Positions 1 through 9,540 are shown, counted from the stretch's first letter. The stretch is 64,000 nt of DNA from Acidimicrobiia bacterium (GCA_947476745.1 CANJRG010000016.1:15457-79456), one strand, 5' to 3'. Numbers and translations are program-made. The notes: generated by a model not told the origin, from the letters alone.

Positions 1-128
1 TTCGGCGTCGTCGGCCATGTCTCCCCCGTGGTCATCGTGGCCATGTCAGGCCCGCGAGCCCGTTGCGGATCGCTGCACTAGCGTGCCAGGCCGCGACCAT
101 CGGCGCACGAGGGAACAGGGGGCCGACG

Positions 129-1328
129 ATGAACGAGACGACGTCGGGCGAGATGCCGGGCAACGAGGTACAGGTTCTGGCCGGTATCCGGGTGGTGGAG
201 CTCACCATGTGGATCGCGGGGCCGTCGGCCGGCGGGCTGCTGGCCGACTGGGGAGCCGATGTGATCAAGATCGAGCCGCCCTCCGGCGACCCCCAACGCA
301 ACATCCTCGGTGCCATGGGCTACGGCGACCTGCCGGTCCCCGGTTTCGCCCTCGACAACCGGGGCAAGCGCTCGGTGGCACTCGATCTGGCCACCGACGA
401 CGGCCGCACCGCCATGGAGAAGCTGCTCGAGGGCGCCGACGTGTTCCTCACGAACATGCGGCCCAAGTCGCTGGCCGGTCTGGGCTTGTCGCCCGAGCAG
501 GTGCACGAGCGTCATCCCCGGCTCATCGTCACCACCATCACCGGGTACGGCCTCGACGGACCCGACGCCGACCTGCCCGGCTACGACATCGGAGCCTTCT
601 GGGCCCGCACCGGCATCGCCCGGGACCTGGTGCCGCGCAACGCCGCACCGGTCGGGGTACGCGGCGGTCTCGGCGACCACTACACCGGCCTCAGCGCCAC
701 CGCCGGGCTGTTGGCCGCGCTGGTCGAACGGGGCCGCACCGGCAAGGGCCGCATCGTGGAGACCTCGCTGATGCGCACCGGCCTGTGGGCCATCGGCCAC
801 CAGGTGGTCATCCAGGACACGTTCGGCAGGCTCGAGTCGGCCAAGCCCCGCGACATCGCCCCGGTGCCGCTGGTGAACTCCTACGAGACCAGCGACGGCC
901 ATTGGTTCTGGCTCATCGGCCTCGAGGCCGACCGGCACTTCCCCACGGTCGCCGCCGCCATCGAGCAGCCTGGCCTGCTCACCGACGAGCGCTTCGCGGA
1001 CGCCAAGACCCGCAAACAGAACAGCAGCGCACTGATCGCCGTGCTCGACGAGGCCTTCCGCTCCCAGCCGCTGGCGTACTGGAAAGAGATGTTCACCCGC
1101 CACGACGTGTGGTGGGCCCCGGCCCAGACCATGGCCGAGGTGCTCGAGGACCCGCAGGTCCACGCCACCGGCGGGTTCGTGCAGGTCGCCAACCCCGACG
1201 GCGAGCCGTACCGGTCGGTCAACAACCCCATCAACTTCCGGGGAAGCCCGCTGCGCAACACCGGACCTTCCCCCAAGGTCGGCGAGCACACCGACGAGGT
1301 ACTGCGAGAGATCGGCCTGCGACCCTGA
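129..1328 (+). CDS. CaiB/BaiF family (class III) CoA-transferase
   Basis: N-terminal signature GIRVVELTMWIAGPSAGGLLADWGADVIKIEPPSGDP and a mid-domain GDHYTG loop carrying the catalytic-type Asp. Start trimmed from ORF 63 to ATG 129 (MNETTS). Confidence 0.85.
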   Translation: MNETTSGEMPGNEVQVLAGIRVVELTMWIAGPSAGGLLADWGADVIKIEPPSGDPQRNILGAMGYGDLPVPGFALDNRGKRSVALDLATDDGRTAMEKLLEGADVFLTNMRPKSLAGLGLSPEQVHERHPRLIVTTITGYGLDGPDADLPGYDIGAFWARTGIARDLVPRNAAPVGVRGGLGDHYTGLSATAGLLAALVERGRTGKGRIVETSLMRTGLWAIGHQVVIQDTFGRLESAKPRDIAPVPLVNSYETSDGHWFWLIGLEADRHFPTVAAAIEQPGLLTDERFADAKTRKQNSSALIAVLDEAFRSQPLAYWKEMFTRHDVWWAPAQTMAEVLEDPQVHATGGFVQVANPDGEPYRSVNNPINFRGSPLRNTGPSPKVGEHTDEVLREIGLRP

Positions 1329-1423
1329 CCGCGCGGGCCCAGGACCCTCGCCCGGTCGAGGGCCACGCCGACCCGATCGCCAGCGGACCGCTGGCCTCGC
1401 TCAGCGTCCGCTACTACGGCCGC

Positions 1424-2608
1424 ATGTGGGCCTCCGGCGGGCTGTGGAACATCACCCGGTGGATGACGATCTTCCTCGGGTCCTACCTGGTGAACCAGCT
1501 CACCGGCTCGCCCCTCGCGGTGCAGCTCGCCGGGACCTGCTTCTTCCTGCCGATGTTCATCGGGGGGCTGGCCGCAGGCGCAGTGTCGGACCGTTTCGAC
1601 CGGCGTCGGACCGTACTGCGTCAGCTGATCGGCCTGGTGCCGTTGGCGTTGCTGATGGCGGTCATGGTGTGGACCGGGCTCATTGCGGTGTGGATGCTCT
1701 ACGTGTTCGCCGTGGCCGTCGGTGTCGGCCAGGTGGTCGACATGACCAACCGACGCGCTCTCGTCAACGACCTCGTCGGCGACCGTCTCTTCGGCAATGC
1801 CATGGCGCTCGAGGCGCTGTCGATGGCGGCGGGCAACATGCTCGGCTCGCTGACCGGCGGCGCCGTGGTCGGCCTGCTCGGTGAAGGCGCGGCCTACGGC
1901 CTGGTGGCGGTGTTCTACCTGATCTGTTTCGCGCTGATGGTCACCGTCCCGCCGATCCTGCGGCGTGGCCGCGCCGCGGACACCGAAGCGAAGGCATCGT
2001 CGGAGGCGTTGCGCGAGATGCGCCAGGACCTCACCGCCGGCATGCGCACCCTGCCCACCAACCGGCCCTTCGTGTCCCTGCTCGGCGTCACCGCCATCGT
2101 GAACCTGTTGTTCTTCTCGTTCATGCCGATGATCCCGGTGCTGGCCAAACGGTTCGAGGTCGGCCCGTTCCTCACCGGCGTACTGGCCAGCGGGCTCGGC
2201 CTCGGCATGCTGATCGGCTCGCTGCTCATCGTCGTGGTCAACCCGGGCCGGCGGGGCCTGATCTACGTGCTCGGCGCGCTCATCGCCATGGTGTTGCTGG
2301 TGGCCTTCGCCGTGCTGAACGTGTTCGTCCTGGCCCTGGTGGCCCTGGTCCTCACCGGCATCTGCTCGGCCGGGTTCGCCTCGGTGCAGAGCGCGCTGGT
2401 GATGAGCGTCAACACCCCGGAGATGCGCGGCCGGGCCATGGGCCTGCTCTCCATGGCCATCGGGACGCTGCCCTTCGGCATGATCCTGCTCGGCGCGCTG
2501 GCCGAACAGATCGGCTCGCACGCTGCCGTGGTCGCCTCGTCCTTGGCGGGCATCGTGGTGTTGCTGGCGTGGTTGGTGCGTTACCCCGAGGTCACCCGGG
2601 TCCCCTGA
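1424..2608 (+). CDS. MFS transporter (EntS/MFS_3-like)
   Basis: 3' part of ORF 17..2608. Multi-TM hydrophobic profile with a loop 2-3 signature SDRFDRRR. ATG 1424 is the first canonical start, but conserved N-terminal sequence (SVRYYGRMW) seems to extend upstream. Confidence 0.8.
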   Translation: MWASGGLWNITRWMTIFLGSYLVNQLTGSPLAVQLAGTCFFLPMFIGGLAAGAVSDRFDRRRTVLRQLIGLVPLALLMAVMVWTGLIAVWMLYVFAVAVGVGQVVDMTNRRALVNDLVGDRLFGNAMALEALSMAAGNMLGSLTGGAVVGLLGEGAAYGLVAVFYLICFALMVTVPPILRRGRAADTEAKASSEALREMRQDLTAGMRTLPTNRPFVSLLGVTAIVNLLFFSFMPMIPVLAKRFEVGPFLTGVLASGLGLGMLIGSLLIVVVNPGRRGLIYVLGALIAMVLLVAFAVLNVFVLALVALVLTGICSAGFASVQSALVMSVNTPEMRGRAMGLLSMAIGTLPFGMILLGALAEQIGSHAAVVASSLAGIVVLLAWLVRYPEVTRVP

Positions 2609-2762
2609 GTTCACGCTGCGTTGCGATTGCAACAGCGGACGTCACGCTTCGGATGCGCACATCGGTCCGGGTTGCGGTCGCCTACGCTGCCGCCCCGAAG
2701 TCACGATCACGGGATCGACGGGTCCGCGCACCCAACCGAGCGAGCGAGCCAAGGGGCGTCCA

Positions 2763-3842
2763 ATGGTAGGAACGATCTGGAGGCGGCTTGCCGCCATCGC
2801 GATGGCGACGGTGCTGGTGGGGGCCTGTGGAAGCGACGGTCCGCCGGGCTCCATGCCGGCCGGCACGACCAGCGACACCGCACCAACGAGCGCCGCAACC
2901 CTGTCCGTGCTGTGCACCGTCGACGAGGGGTGGTGCGCCGCGCAGACCACCGCGTTCGAGGCGGCGACCGCGATCCCCACGACCTACGTCCGCAGGAGTG
3001 CCGGTGACGCTCTCGCACTGCTGCGTGCCGCCGCCGGCAAAGCGGAGTTCAGCGTCTGGTGGGGCGGCTCGTCGGATGGCTACGAAGCAGCGAAGACCGA
3101 AGGACTTCTCGAGGCCTATCGCTCACCGAACGCCGCGACCGTGCCGACCGCCTACAAGGACGCGTCGGGCCTGTGGACCGGGGTCTATGCCGGGGTGTTG
3201 GCCTTCTGCTCGAACAGCCACAGCCTGGCCATGGCCGCGGTACCTGAACCGACCTCGTGGAACGCCTTGCTGGCCCAGCCGCTCGCAGGAAAGGTTTCGA
3301 TGGCCCACCCAACGACCTCCGGCACGGCCTACACCGCGTTGTGGACGATCAGGACGTTGAACGGGAACAGCGACGACACCACCTTCGCCTATCTCGCCAA
3401 GCTCAAGAACAACGTGGCCGCCTTCACCAAGGGCGGGACCGATCCCGTCGTCCTCGTCGCCAAGGGCACCGCAAGCGTGGGAGTGGTCTTCGCCCACGAC
3501 TGCCTCTCGGCGATCAACAAGGGCGAGAAGCAACTCACGGTCAGCTTCCCCAAGGAGGGCACCGGCTACGAGATCGGGGCCACCGCGCTTCTCCACGGTG
3601 CGCCGAACCCTGGAGCCGCCCGGAAGTGGATCGACTGGGTCCTCACCGCCAAGGCCCAGGAAATCGGCGCAACGGCAAACGCCTTCCAGCTGCCGCTCAA
3701 CCCGGACGCGACCGTCCCCTCGCTCTCGGTGAAGCTCAACGATGTCACCCGCATCGACTACGACGCGAACGCAGCAGGTGCCCGACGCAAGGCGCTGACC
3801 GACCGGTTCGAGAAGGACATCGCCCCGGCACCCACGCAGTAG
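2763..3842 (+). CDS. ABC-type extracellular solute-binding lipoprotein (Fe3+/polyamine/thiamine-type)
   Basis: Signal peptide plus lipobox LVGAC-GS. The mature part resembles class-II substrate-binding proteins (WWGGSSDGYEAAK, TSGTAYTALW). No permease or ATPase gene is adjacent. Confidence 0.7.
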   Translation: MVGTIWRRLAAIAMATVLVGACGSDGPPGSMPAGTTSDTAPTSAATLSVLCTVDEGWCAAQTTAFEAATAIPTTYVRRSAGDALALLRAAAGKAEFSVWWGGSSDGYEAAKTEGLLEAYRSPNAATVPTAYKDASGLWTGVYAGVLAFCSNSHSLAMAAVPEPTSWNALLAQPLAGKVSMAHPTTSGTAYTALWTIRTLNGNSDDTTFAYLAKLKNNVAAFTKGGTDPVVLVAKGTASVGVVFAHDCLSAINKGEKQLTVSFPKEGTGYEIGATALLHGAPNPGAARKWIDWVLTAKAQEIGATANAFQLPLNPDATVPSLSVKLNDVTRIDYDANAAGARRKALTDRFEKDIAPAPTQ

Positions 3843-3932
3843 AGCGGTGCCGGAGCGCACCCGGCGACGACGCCCGGGTGGGTTCCGGCTGATCGCACGC
3901 GGCACCCCGGCACCCCGCCGGTGATAGGTCGC

Positions 3933-4955
3933 TCAGGAGCCTTCGACGTTGGCCCGGACCCGGGGCACGACCTCTTTTGCGTATCGCTCGATCGAGGCGT
4001 TCATGGCGGAGGGCGGCAACCCGGGTGCGGCGCCCCAACCGACCACGTCGGTGATGCCGTACTCCTTGATGAACGAGGTGAGCTCCGCCACGCAGTGCTC
4101 CACGTCGCCCACGATCCAGCCCTGCGGGATGGACTGCTGCTCGGGATCGAACGCGCTGAGCTTGTCCGGCGTCTCCTTGAAGAACCGCCCGTACACGCTC
4201 ATCCGGTAGCGCTCGGCCTGCTTGATCGGACCCCAGTCACGTTCGGGGTCGTCGGTGACGAACACCGAACGGATGATGCCCACCCGGTAGTCCTCGGGGT
4301 TGCGGCCGGACTCGAGCAGCTTCTGACGCCACGGGTCGAGCACCACGTCGCGGGCCCCCTGGGGCAGCAGATGGGTGTCGAAACGCGCCGCCCGCTCGGC
4401 AGAAGCGGCGCTCATCCCGGCGATCCACAGCGGCGGACCGCCCGCCTGCACGGTGCGCGGCGTCACCGTGATGTCCTCGAAGTCGTAGCGCTTGCCGTGG
4501 AAGCTGAAACGTTCACCGGTCCAGGCCAGACGCAGGATCTCCACCAGCTCCTCGGTCAGCGACACCCGACGCGACTGCGGAATGTTGAAGCCCTTGAACT
4601 CGTGGGCGGCATAACCCATCCCGATGCCGAGCTCCATGCGGCCGCCGGAGATGTTGTCGAGCACCGCCAGGTCCTCGGCCAGCCGGAGCGGGTGGTAGAA
4701 GGGCGCCAGGCAGATGTCGGTCGACAGCCGCACCCGCTTGGTACGCGCCGCCACCGCACCGGCCACCGGCACGAAATTGGGCAGGTGGCCGTCATCGAGG
4801 AAGTGGTGCTCGGTGAACCACACCAGGTCCAGGCCGAGCTGATCTACGAGCTCGACCTGTTCGAGGGTCTGGGCGTAGATCTCGGGCAACCCGACCGGGG
4901 ACCCGGGCGGGCTACGGAAGTCATGGACGACACCGAAGCGAAGGGGTTGCGACAT
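3933..4955 (-). CDS. LLM-class (luciferase-like) F420/flavin-dependent oxidoreductase
   Basis: LDLVWFTEHHF and GGRMELGIGMGY motifs of the luciferase-like TIM barrel. Start set at ATG 4955 (MSQPLRF); the rest of ORF 3933..5195 shows no family similarity. Confidence 0.85.
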   Translation of the reverse strand: MSQPLRFGVVHDFRSPPGSPVGLPEIYAQTLEQVELVDQLGLDLVWFTEHHFLDDGHLPNFVPVAGAVAARTKRVRLSTDICLAPFYHPLRLAEDLAVLDNISGGRMELGIGMGYAAHEFKGFNIPQSRRVSLTEELVEILRLAWTGERFSFHGKRYDFEDITVTPRTVQAGGPPLWIAGMSAASAERAARFDTHLLPQGARDVVLDPWRQKLLESGRNPEDYRVGIIRSVFVTDDPERDWGPIKQAERYRMSVYGRFFKETPDKLSAFDPEQQSIPQGWIVGDVEHCVAELTSFIKEYGITDVVGWGAAPGLPPSAMNASIERYAKEVVPRVRANVEGS

Positions 4956-5057
4956 GAGGCCGCACCGTAGTCGGGCCCCGGGAACGCCCGCCGCTCCCGG
5001 TCGGTCCGCGTGGTCCGACCTCGGCGTCGATGACCCCGACCGCCCGTGGCACGCTCT

Positions 5058-5523
5058 CGCCGCTGAGCATCGACTCGTCGACGTGGCAACCACCGGCCCG
5101 GCTGAGAACGGCGTCGGCCGGGACACGATCACCGGCGTGCAGCACCACCAGGTCCCCGGCCACCACCGCGGCGGCGTCGAGGACCTGGTCGACACCGTGG
5201 CGGCGGACCGTCACCGCGGTCGGCAGCAGCTCACCGAGTTGCTGCGCCGCCCGCTCCGCTCGCTGTTGCTGCAGGAACGAGAAGGCGCCGTTGACCACGA
5301 TGACCACCACGATGGCGACGCCGAGCTGCGGCATCCCGGCCAGTACGGCGAGAACGGCCGCCATCCACAGCATCAGCGCGAACAGGTGCACGAACTCCCC
5401 GAGCAGGAGCAGCACGGTCGAGGGCCGGGGGGCGCTCCGCCGCACGTTGGGCTCATCGACGTGCAACCGTTGCCGGGCCGCCGAACTGCTCAGGCCATCG
5501 TCACCCACCGCCGTGTCCGGCAC
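5058..5523 (-). pseudogene. N-terminal remnant of a P-type (E1-E2) cation-transporting ATPase
   Basis: ORF 4921..5523 translates to GLSSSAARQRL (cation ATPase N domain), two TM helices, then VTVRRHG...VVAGDLVVLHAGDRVPADAVL...HVDESMLSGESVP (start of the actuator domain). Similarity ends after about 155 aa. No phosphorylation (DKTGT) or nucleotide-binding domains follow. Confidence 0.7.
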
Positions 5524-5696
5524 CCCGCCCCCCCAACCTGTTCCGACACCACATCACGCTCGTACCGCCGACGGCGCAGTGTCTTCCCGCCGGCGGGGCG
5601 GACCGGGTCGGGCACTACCCCACCGCGACGCGACGCACACCTCGACGGTGCCGACGGTGGATGCACGCGGCGCACGGCTGGCGTAGGGTCCGCGCC

Positions 5697-6776
5697 ATGG
5701 AATTCGGGATGTGCGTCTTGACCAAGCTCGACGAGGCGGATTTCGCCAAGCAGTGCGAGGACCTCGGCTTCGACATGATCTGGGTGCCGGACAGCCAGAT
5801 GATCTGGGGCGACTGCTACGCCTACATGGCCCTCGCCGCCGAGCGGACCAGCCGGATCAAGCTCGCCACCGGTGTCGCCGTGGCCGGCACCCGGGCCGCG
5901 CCGGTCATCGCCCACTCGATCGCCTCGGTGGCCACCCTCGCCCCCGGCCGGGTGTCGTTGGGGATCGGTTCGGGCAACAGCGCCTACCGGTTCATGAACC
6001 TCAAGCCGTTGCCCATCAAGAAGTACGCCGACGAGATCCGTGCCGTGCGCGGCCTGCTCGCCGGCGAGGAGGTGGAGTACACCTTCCGCGGGGTCACCGC
6101 ACCGATCAAGCTGCTGATGGCCGACCGGGGCTTCGTCAACCTCGAGCAGAAGATCCCGGTGATCGTGTCGGGCTTCGGTCCCCGCGCCCAGGCCCTCGCC
6201 GGTGAGCTCGGCGACGGCCTGTTCGTGTCGCTGCCCAACGAGGAGCGTTCCATCGCCCGCTCGGTCGAGACCGTGCGCCGCGCCGCCGCCGATGCCGGTC
6301 GCACCGACGTCGACGTCGCCAGCCCGAGCTTCCCGATCGTCAACCTGCTCAACGTGATCATGCTCGACAAGGGCGAGGACATCCTCTCCGACCGGGTCAT
6401 CGCCGAGCACGGCCCGTTCATCATCGCCGGCATGCACTACCTCTTCGACGGGGTGCGCCAGTACAACCGGACCCCGCCGCGCGGTCTGCTCGATGTCTGG
6501 GAGGAGTACACCGCCATGATCGAGCGCACCCCCGAACACACCCGCCACATCCGCATCCACGACGGGCACTGCACCTACCTGCACCCTGACGAGGTCAAGC
6601 TCATCACCGAGAACCTCATCCGCTCGACCTGTGTCGTGGGCCGGCCCGAGGAGTGCGTCGAGCAGCTGCGCGAGATGGAGCAGGCCGGGGTCGACCAGAT
6701 CGTGGTGCTGCCGGCGATGGGACACCAGCAGGCCTATGCGGAGCGTCTCGCCCGCGAGGTCATGGCGAAGATGTGA
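5697..6776 (+). CDS. LLM-class F420-dependent oxidoreductase
   Basis: MEFGMCVL...GFDMIWVPDSQ...SLGIGSGNS luciferase-like pattern. Start at ATG 5697. Confidence 0.85.
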   Translation: MEFGMCVLTKLDEADFAKQCEDLGFDMIWVPDSQMIWGDCYAYMALAAERTSRIKLATGVAVAGTRAAPVIAHSIASVATLAPGRVSLGIGSGNSAYRFMNLKPLPIKKYADEIRAVRGLLAGEEVEYTFRGVTAPIKLLMADRGFVNLEQKIPVIVSGFGPRAQALAGELGDGLFVSLPNEERSIARSVETVRRAAADAGRTDVDVASPSFPIVNLLNVIMLDKGEDILSDRVIAEHGPFIIAGMHYLFDGVRQYNRTPPRGLLDVWEEYTAMIERTPEHTRHIRIHDGHCTYLHPDEVKLITENLIRSTCVVGRPEECVEQLREMEQAGVDQIVVLPAMGHQQAYAERLAREVMAKM

Positions 6777-7432
6777 CCGCGGTGACCGGCACATACGTCT
6801 CCACCGCCTACCGGATCGACCGCGACGGGGCCGACCGGCTGCTGTTCCTGTTCCACGGTTACAGCGCCGAGCAGCACCACCTCGCGGCGTACGTCCCGCT
6901 CGTAGACCCCGACGAACGGTTCAGCGCGGTCTGCCCCCGGGCGCTGCACGATCTTCCCGAAGGTGACGGGGCGAGCTGGTGGACCCGCACGACAAACGGA
7001 CCCGACCCGGCCTCGGTTCGGGCCGCCGTGCACGCCGTCGACGCGCTGATCGAGGCCGAGACCGTTGCCCGGTCGATCCCGCGCGAGCGTTGCGTGATCG
7101 GTGGGTTCTCCCAGGGCGGCATGCTGGCGCTGGCGCTGGCCACCCGGGTCGGCGCCCCCCGATACGCCGGGGTGTGGGCCATGTGCTGCGCTGCGCCCGA
7201 GGTCGACGGCCTGGCGACCGACCCCGCCGCCGCGGCGGGGACGCCGCTGCTGTGGCACTACGGCACCGAGGACCCGATCATCTCGGTGGCCAGGGCCGAA
7301 GCCACCGCCGACCGGCTCGCCACGGCCGGCTGGCAGGTCACCCGACGGCCCTACGCCATGGGGCACACCCAACGCATCGAGATGATGACCGACGCCCGCA
7401 GCTGGCTGGCCGCACTCGACGCGACTGTCTGA
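6773..7432 (+). CDS. phospholipase/carboxylesterase-family alpha/beta hydrolase
   Basis: GFSQGG nucleophile elbow and an LLFLFHGY oxyanion-region motif. GTG 6773 overlaps the upstream stop (ATGTGA), suggesting translational coupling. Confidence 0.75.
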   Translation: MTAVTGTYVSTAYRIDRDGADRLLFLFHGYSAEQHHLAAYVPLVDPDERFSAVCPRALHDLPEGDGASWWTRTTNGPDPASVRAAVHAVDALIEAETVARSIPRERCVIGGFSQGGMLALALATRVGAPRYAGVWAMCCAAPEVDGLATDPAAAAGTPLLWHYGTEDPIISVARAEATADRLATAGWQVTRRPYAMGHTQRIEMMTDARSWLAALDATV

Positions 7433-7471
7433 CCGGCGTTGACGCCCAGGCGGGCCTCACCGGCCGGTCAG
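7429..7471. terminator. stem-loop spanning both stop codons of convergent genes
   Basis: CTGACCGGC (7429-7437) pairs with GCCGGTCAG (7463-7471), with a 25-nt loop containing a small inner hairpin. Confidence 0.4.
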
Positions 7472-7869
7472 GTCGGTAGCGGGTCACCATCGCGGTACAC
7501 CCAACGGGTGCCGAGGCGGACGAATCGGCTGCGCTCGGCCATCACCCCGCGTTCGCCGTCGCGTTCCCACCGGGCGGCGAAGGTGACGGTACCGTCACGG
7601 TCGAGTGCCCGGCCCCGCTCGCGGTCGCGCACCTCGAGCCCGGTCCAGCGGTAGGTGCTGTCGGTGACCAGCGGCGGGCAGGTGTCGGGATGCCACGACC
7701 TGGTCAGGAACCCTGTGTCACCGAGCGCATGGGCGCTGTAACGGGCCCGCATCAGGACCTCCGCGGTGGCCGGCTCGGCCTCGGCCCGCAGATACCGGCC
7801 GCAACAGCGCTCCAGCGTCGCGGTGCTGCCGCACGGGCAGGCCGGCCCCGATCGGGCATCGACGGTCAT
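7468..7869 (-). CDS. YchJ/UPF0225 family SEC-C motif protein
   Basis: N-terminal CPCGS...LERCCG metal-binding SEC-C-like motif followed by an NTF2-like body. Confidence 0.75.
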   Translation of the reverse strand: MTVDARSGPACPCGSTATLERCCGRYLRAEAEPATAEVLMRARYSAHALGDTGFLTRSWHPDTCPPLVTDSTYRWTGLEVRDRERGRALDRDGTVTFAARWERDGERGVMAERSRFVRLGTRWVYRDGDPLPT

Positions 7870-8063
7870 ACTGCCTCCGCTGCACCTGGCGGGCCGGCCC
7901 GGTGCCGGTCCCTCGGCCCCTAGCCTGCCAGGTGCGGGACCGTCTGCGCAGCCGACCGGACCTGACGGTGTTTCACCGCCCGGTCGGTGCCCCTACGCTG
8001 CGGTTTCCGTCCGGCTCGTAAAGCCGGGCCTCGCCCTCTAGCACCGACCGAGCAGGACACCTC

Positions 8064-8567
8064 ATGATCGATCAAGAAGCACTCGCCACCGTCCAGGGTC
8101 CGCTCAAGACGGCCTACCGGGAAAACCCCGAAGATGCCAAGCTCACCCTGTCCGCCACCGGCCGGATCGGCGACGGAGTGACCTGTTCGGTGGAGACCGG
8201 CCGGGCCATGGTCAGGGCCGGGCTGCACCCGCTCACCGGCGGCGACGGTCTGTCCGCCTGCTCCGGCGACATGCTGCTCGAGGCCCTCGTGGCGTGCGCC
8301 GGGGTGACCCTCGGGGCCGTCGCCACCTCACTCGGCGTCGAGGTCGGCGACGCCACGCTGACCGCCGAGGGCGACCTCGACTTCCGGGGCACCCTCAGCG
8401 TGGCCAAGGACGCCCCGGTCGGGTTCTCCGCCATCCGCCTGCGGGTCGACCTCGACGCCGAGGTGTCCGACGAGCAGCGGGCCCTGCTCGAGAAGCTGAC
8501 CGAGCGTTTCTGCGTGGTCTTCCAGACCCTGGCGACGCCGCCGGCGTTGTCGGTCTCTTTCAGCTGA
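8064..8567 (+). CDS. OsmC/Ohr family peroxiredoxin-like protein
   Basis: Size and pattern fit the OsmC fold, with two conserved-type Cys regions (LSACSGDM and LTERFCVV). Confidence 0.7.
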   Translation: MIDQEALATVQGPLKTAYRENPEDAKLTLSATGRIGDGVTCSVETGRAMVRAGLHPLTGGDGLSACSGDMLLEALVACAGVTLGAVATSLGVEVGDATLTAEGDLDFRGTLSVAKDAPVGFSAIRLRVDLDAEVSDEQRALLEKLTERFCVVFQTLATPPALSVSFS

Positions 8568-8629
8568 CCCGGCGGCGCTCGTCTGCCAGAACGGCACCGG
8601 TGCCCGGCCGCGGCACCTAGGGTTCGGAC

Positions 8630-9445
8630 GTGTCCTTCGTGCTCACCGAACCCGCCGACGACCACGGCGTCGCCGTCGTCACCCTCAACCGTCCCGAACG
8701 GCTCAACGCCCTCAGCCCGTCGCTCGTCACCGAGCTCGCGGACCGCCTCACCGAGCTGTTCCGGCGGCGCGAGGTGCGGGCCGTGGTCCTCGCCGGTGCG
8801 GGACGCGGCTTCTGCAGCGGCTTCGACCTCGCCTCACGGGCCGAGGGCGACCTCGCACCCGACAGCGAGGATCGCGGGCCGGTTGGTTCGTTCTGGGTGC
8901 TCCAGCAACAGCTGAGCGACCTCGTGACGCTGATCCACGAGAGCCGGATCCCCGTTGTCGGGGCCATCGGGGGTGCTGCGGTCGGCGGCGGTCTGGCCAT
9001 CGCCCTGGCCTGCGATCTGCGGGTGGCCGCCCCTGATGCCCGCTTCGGTTCGGTGTTCGTCAAGGTCGGGTTGTCCTCCTGCGACATGGGCGTGTCGTAC
9101 TTCCTGCCCCGCATCGTCGGTGCCACCCGTGCCGCCGAGCTGCTGTTGACCGGCCGGCTGGTCGGCGCCGAGGAGGCCGAGCGCATCGGCCTGGTCAACC
9201 AGGTCAGTGCGCCGGGCGAGCACGTGACCGCCGCGGTCGCCCTGGCCCGTCAGGTCACCCAGCACAGCGAGTTCAGCGTCTGGATGACCAAATCGGGCAT
9301 GTGGACCAACGTCGACGCCCCCAGCCTGCGTGCCGCCATCGAGCTGGAGAACCGCACCCAGGCACTCGGCACCTTCACCGGCAACCTCGACGAGTACGAG
9401 ACCTCCTTCGCCGAGAAACGGCCACCGCGCTGGAGGCCGATGTAG
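8630..9445 (+). CDS. enoyl-CoA hydratase/isomerase (crotonase) family protein
   Basis: VAVVTLNRPERLNAL...VVLAGAGRGFCSGFDL...GGGLAIALACDLRVA crotonase signatures. GTG start at 8630. Confidence 0.85.
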   Translation: MSFVLTEPADDHGVAVVTLNRPERLNALSPSLVTELADRLTELFRRREVRAVVLAGAGRGFCSGFDLASRAEGDLAPDSEDRGPVGSFWVLQQQLSDLVTLIHESRIPVVGAIGGAAVGGGLAIALACDLRVAAPDARFGSVFVKVGLSSCDMGVSYFLPRIVGATRAAELLLTGRLVGAEEAERIGLVNQVSAPGEHVTAAVALARQVTQHSEFSVWMTKSGMWTNVDAPSLRAAIELENRTQALGTFTGNLDEYETSFAEKRPPRWRPM

Positions 9446-9456
9446 CGCGCCGCGTC

Positions 9457-9540
9457 GGGCGGAACCATTCGGGCCGAACTCTTGCGGGCCGAACTCTTGC
9501 GGGCCGAACTCTTGCGGGCCGAACTCCTGCGGGCCGCAAC
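9457..9540. repeat. 15-bp tandem repeat array (GGGCCGAACTCTTGC)
   Basis: Three perfect units (9471-9515), one unit with a single mismatch (9516-9530), and degenerate flanking copies. It sits in the 203-bp spacer between two crotonase paralogues. Confidence 0.9.

Noticed and set aside
1-18. Possible 5' end of a minus-strand gene leaving the window (ATG at 18, MADDAE..., preceded by GGGGGAG)
   Set aside because: Only six codons lie inside the window, which is too little to support a call.
17-2608. 863-aa ORF spanning the first two genes
   Set aside because: Its first 470 codons are an out-of-frame read through the CoA-transferase gene and have Arg/Pro/Gly-rich nonsense composition. Only the last ~395 codons, the MFS transporter, are credible.
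9457-9540. Tandem repeats (also 50954..51040 and 35627..35656) as possible CRISPR arrays
   Set aside because: The units are 5-15 bp and directly abutting, with no unique spacers. No cas genes are present.
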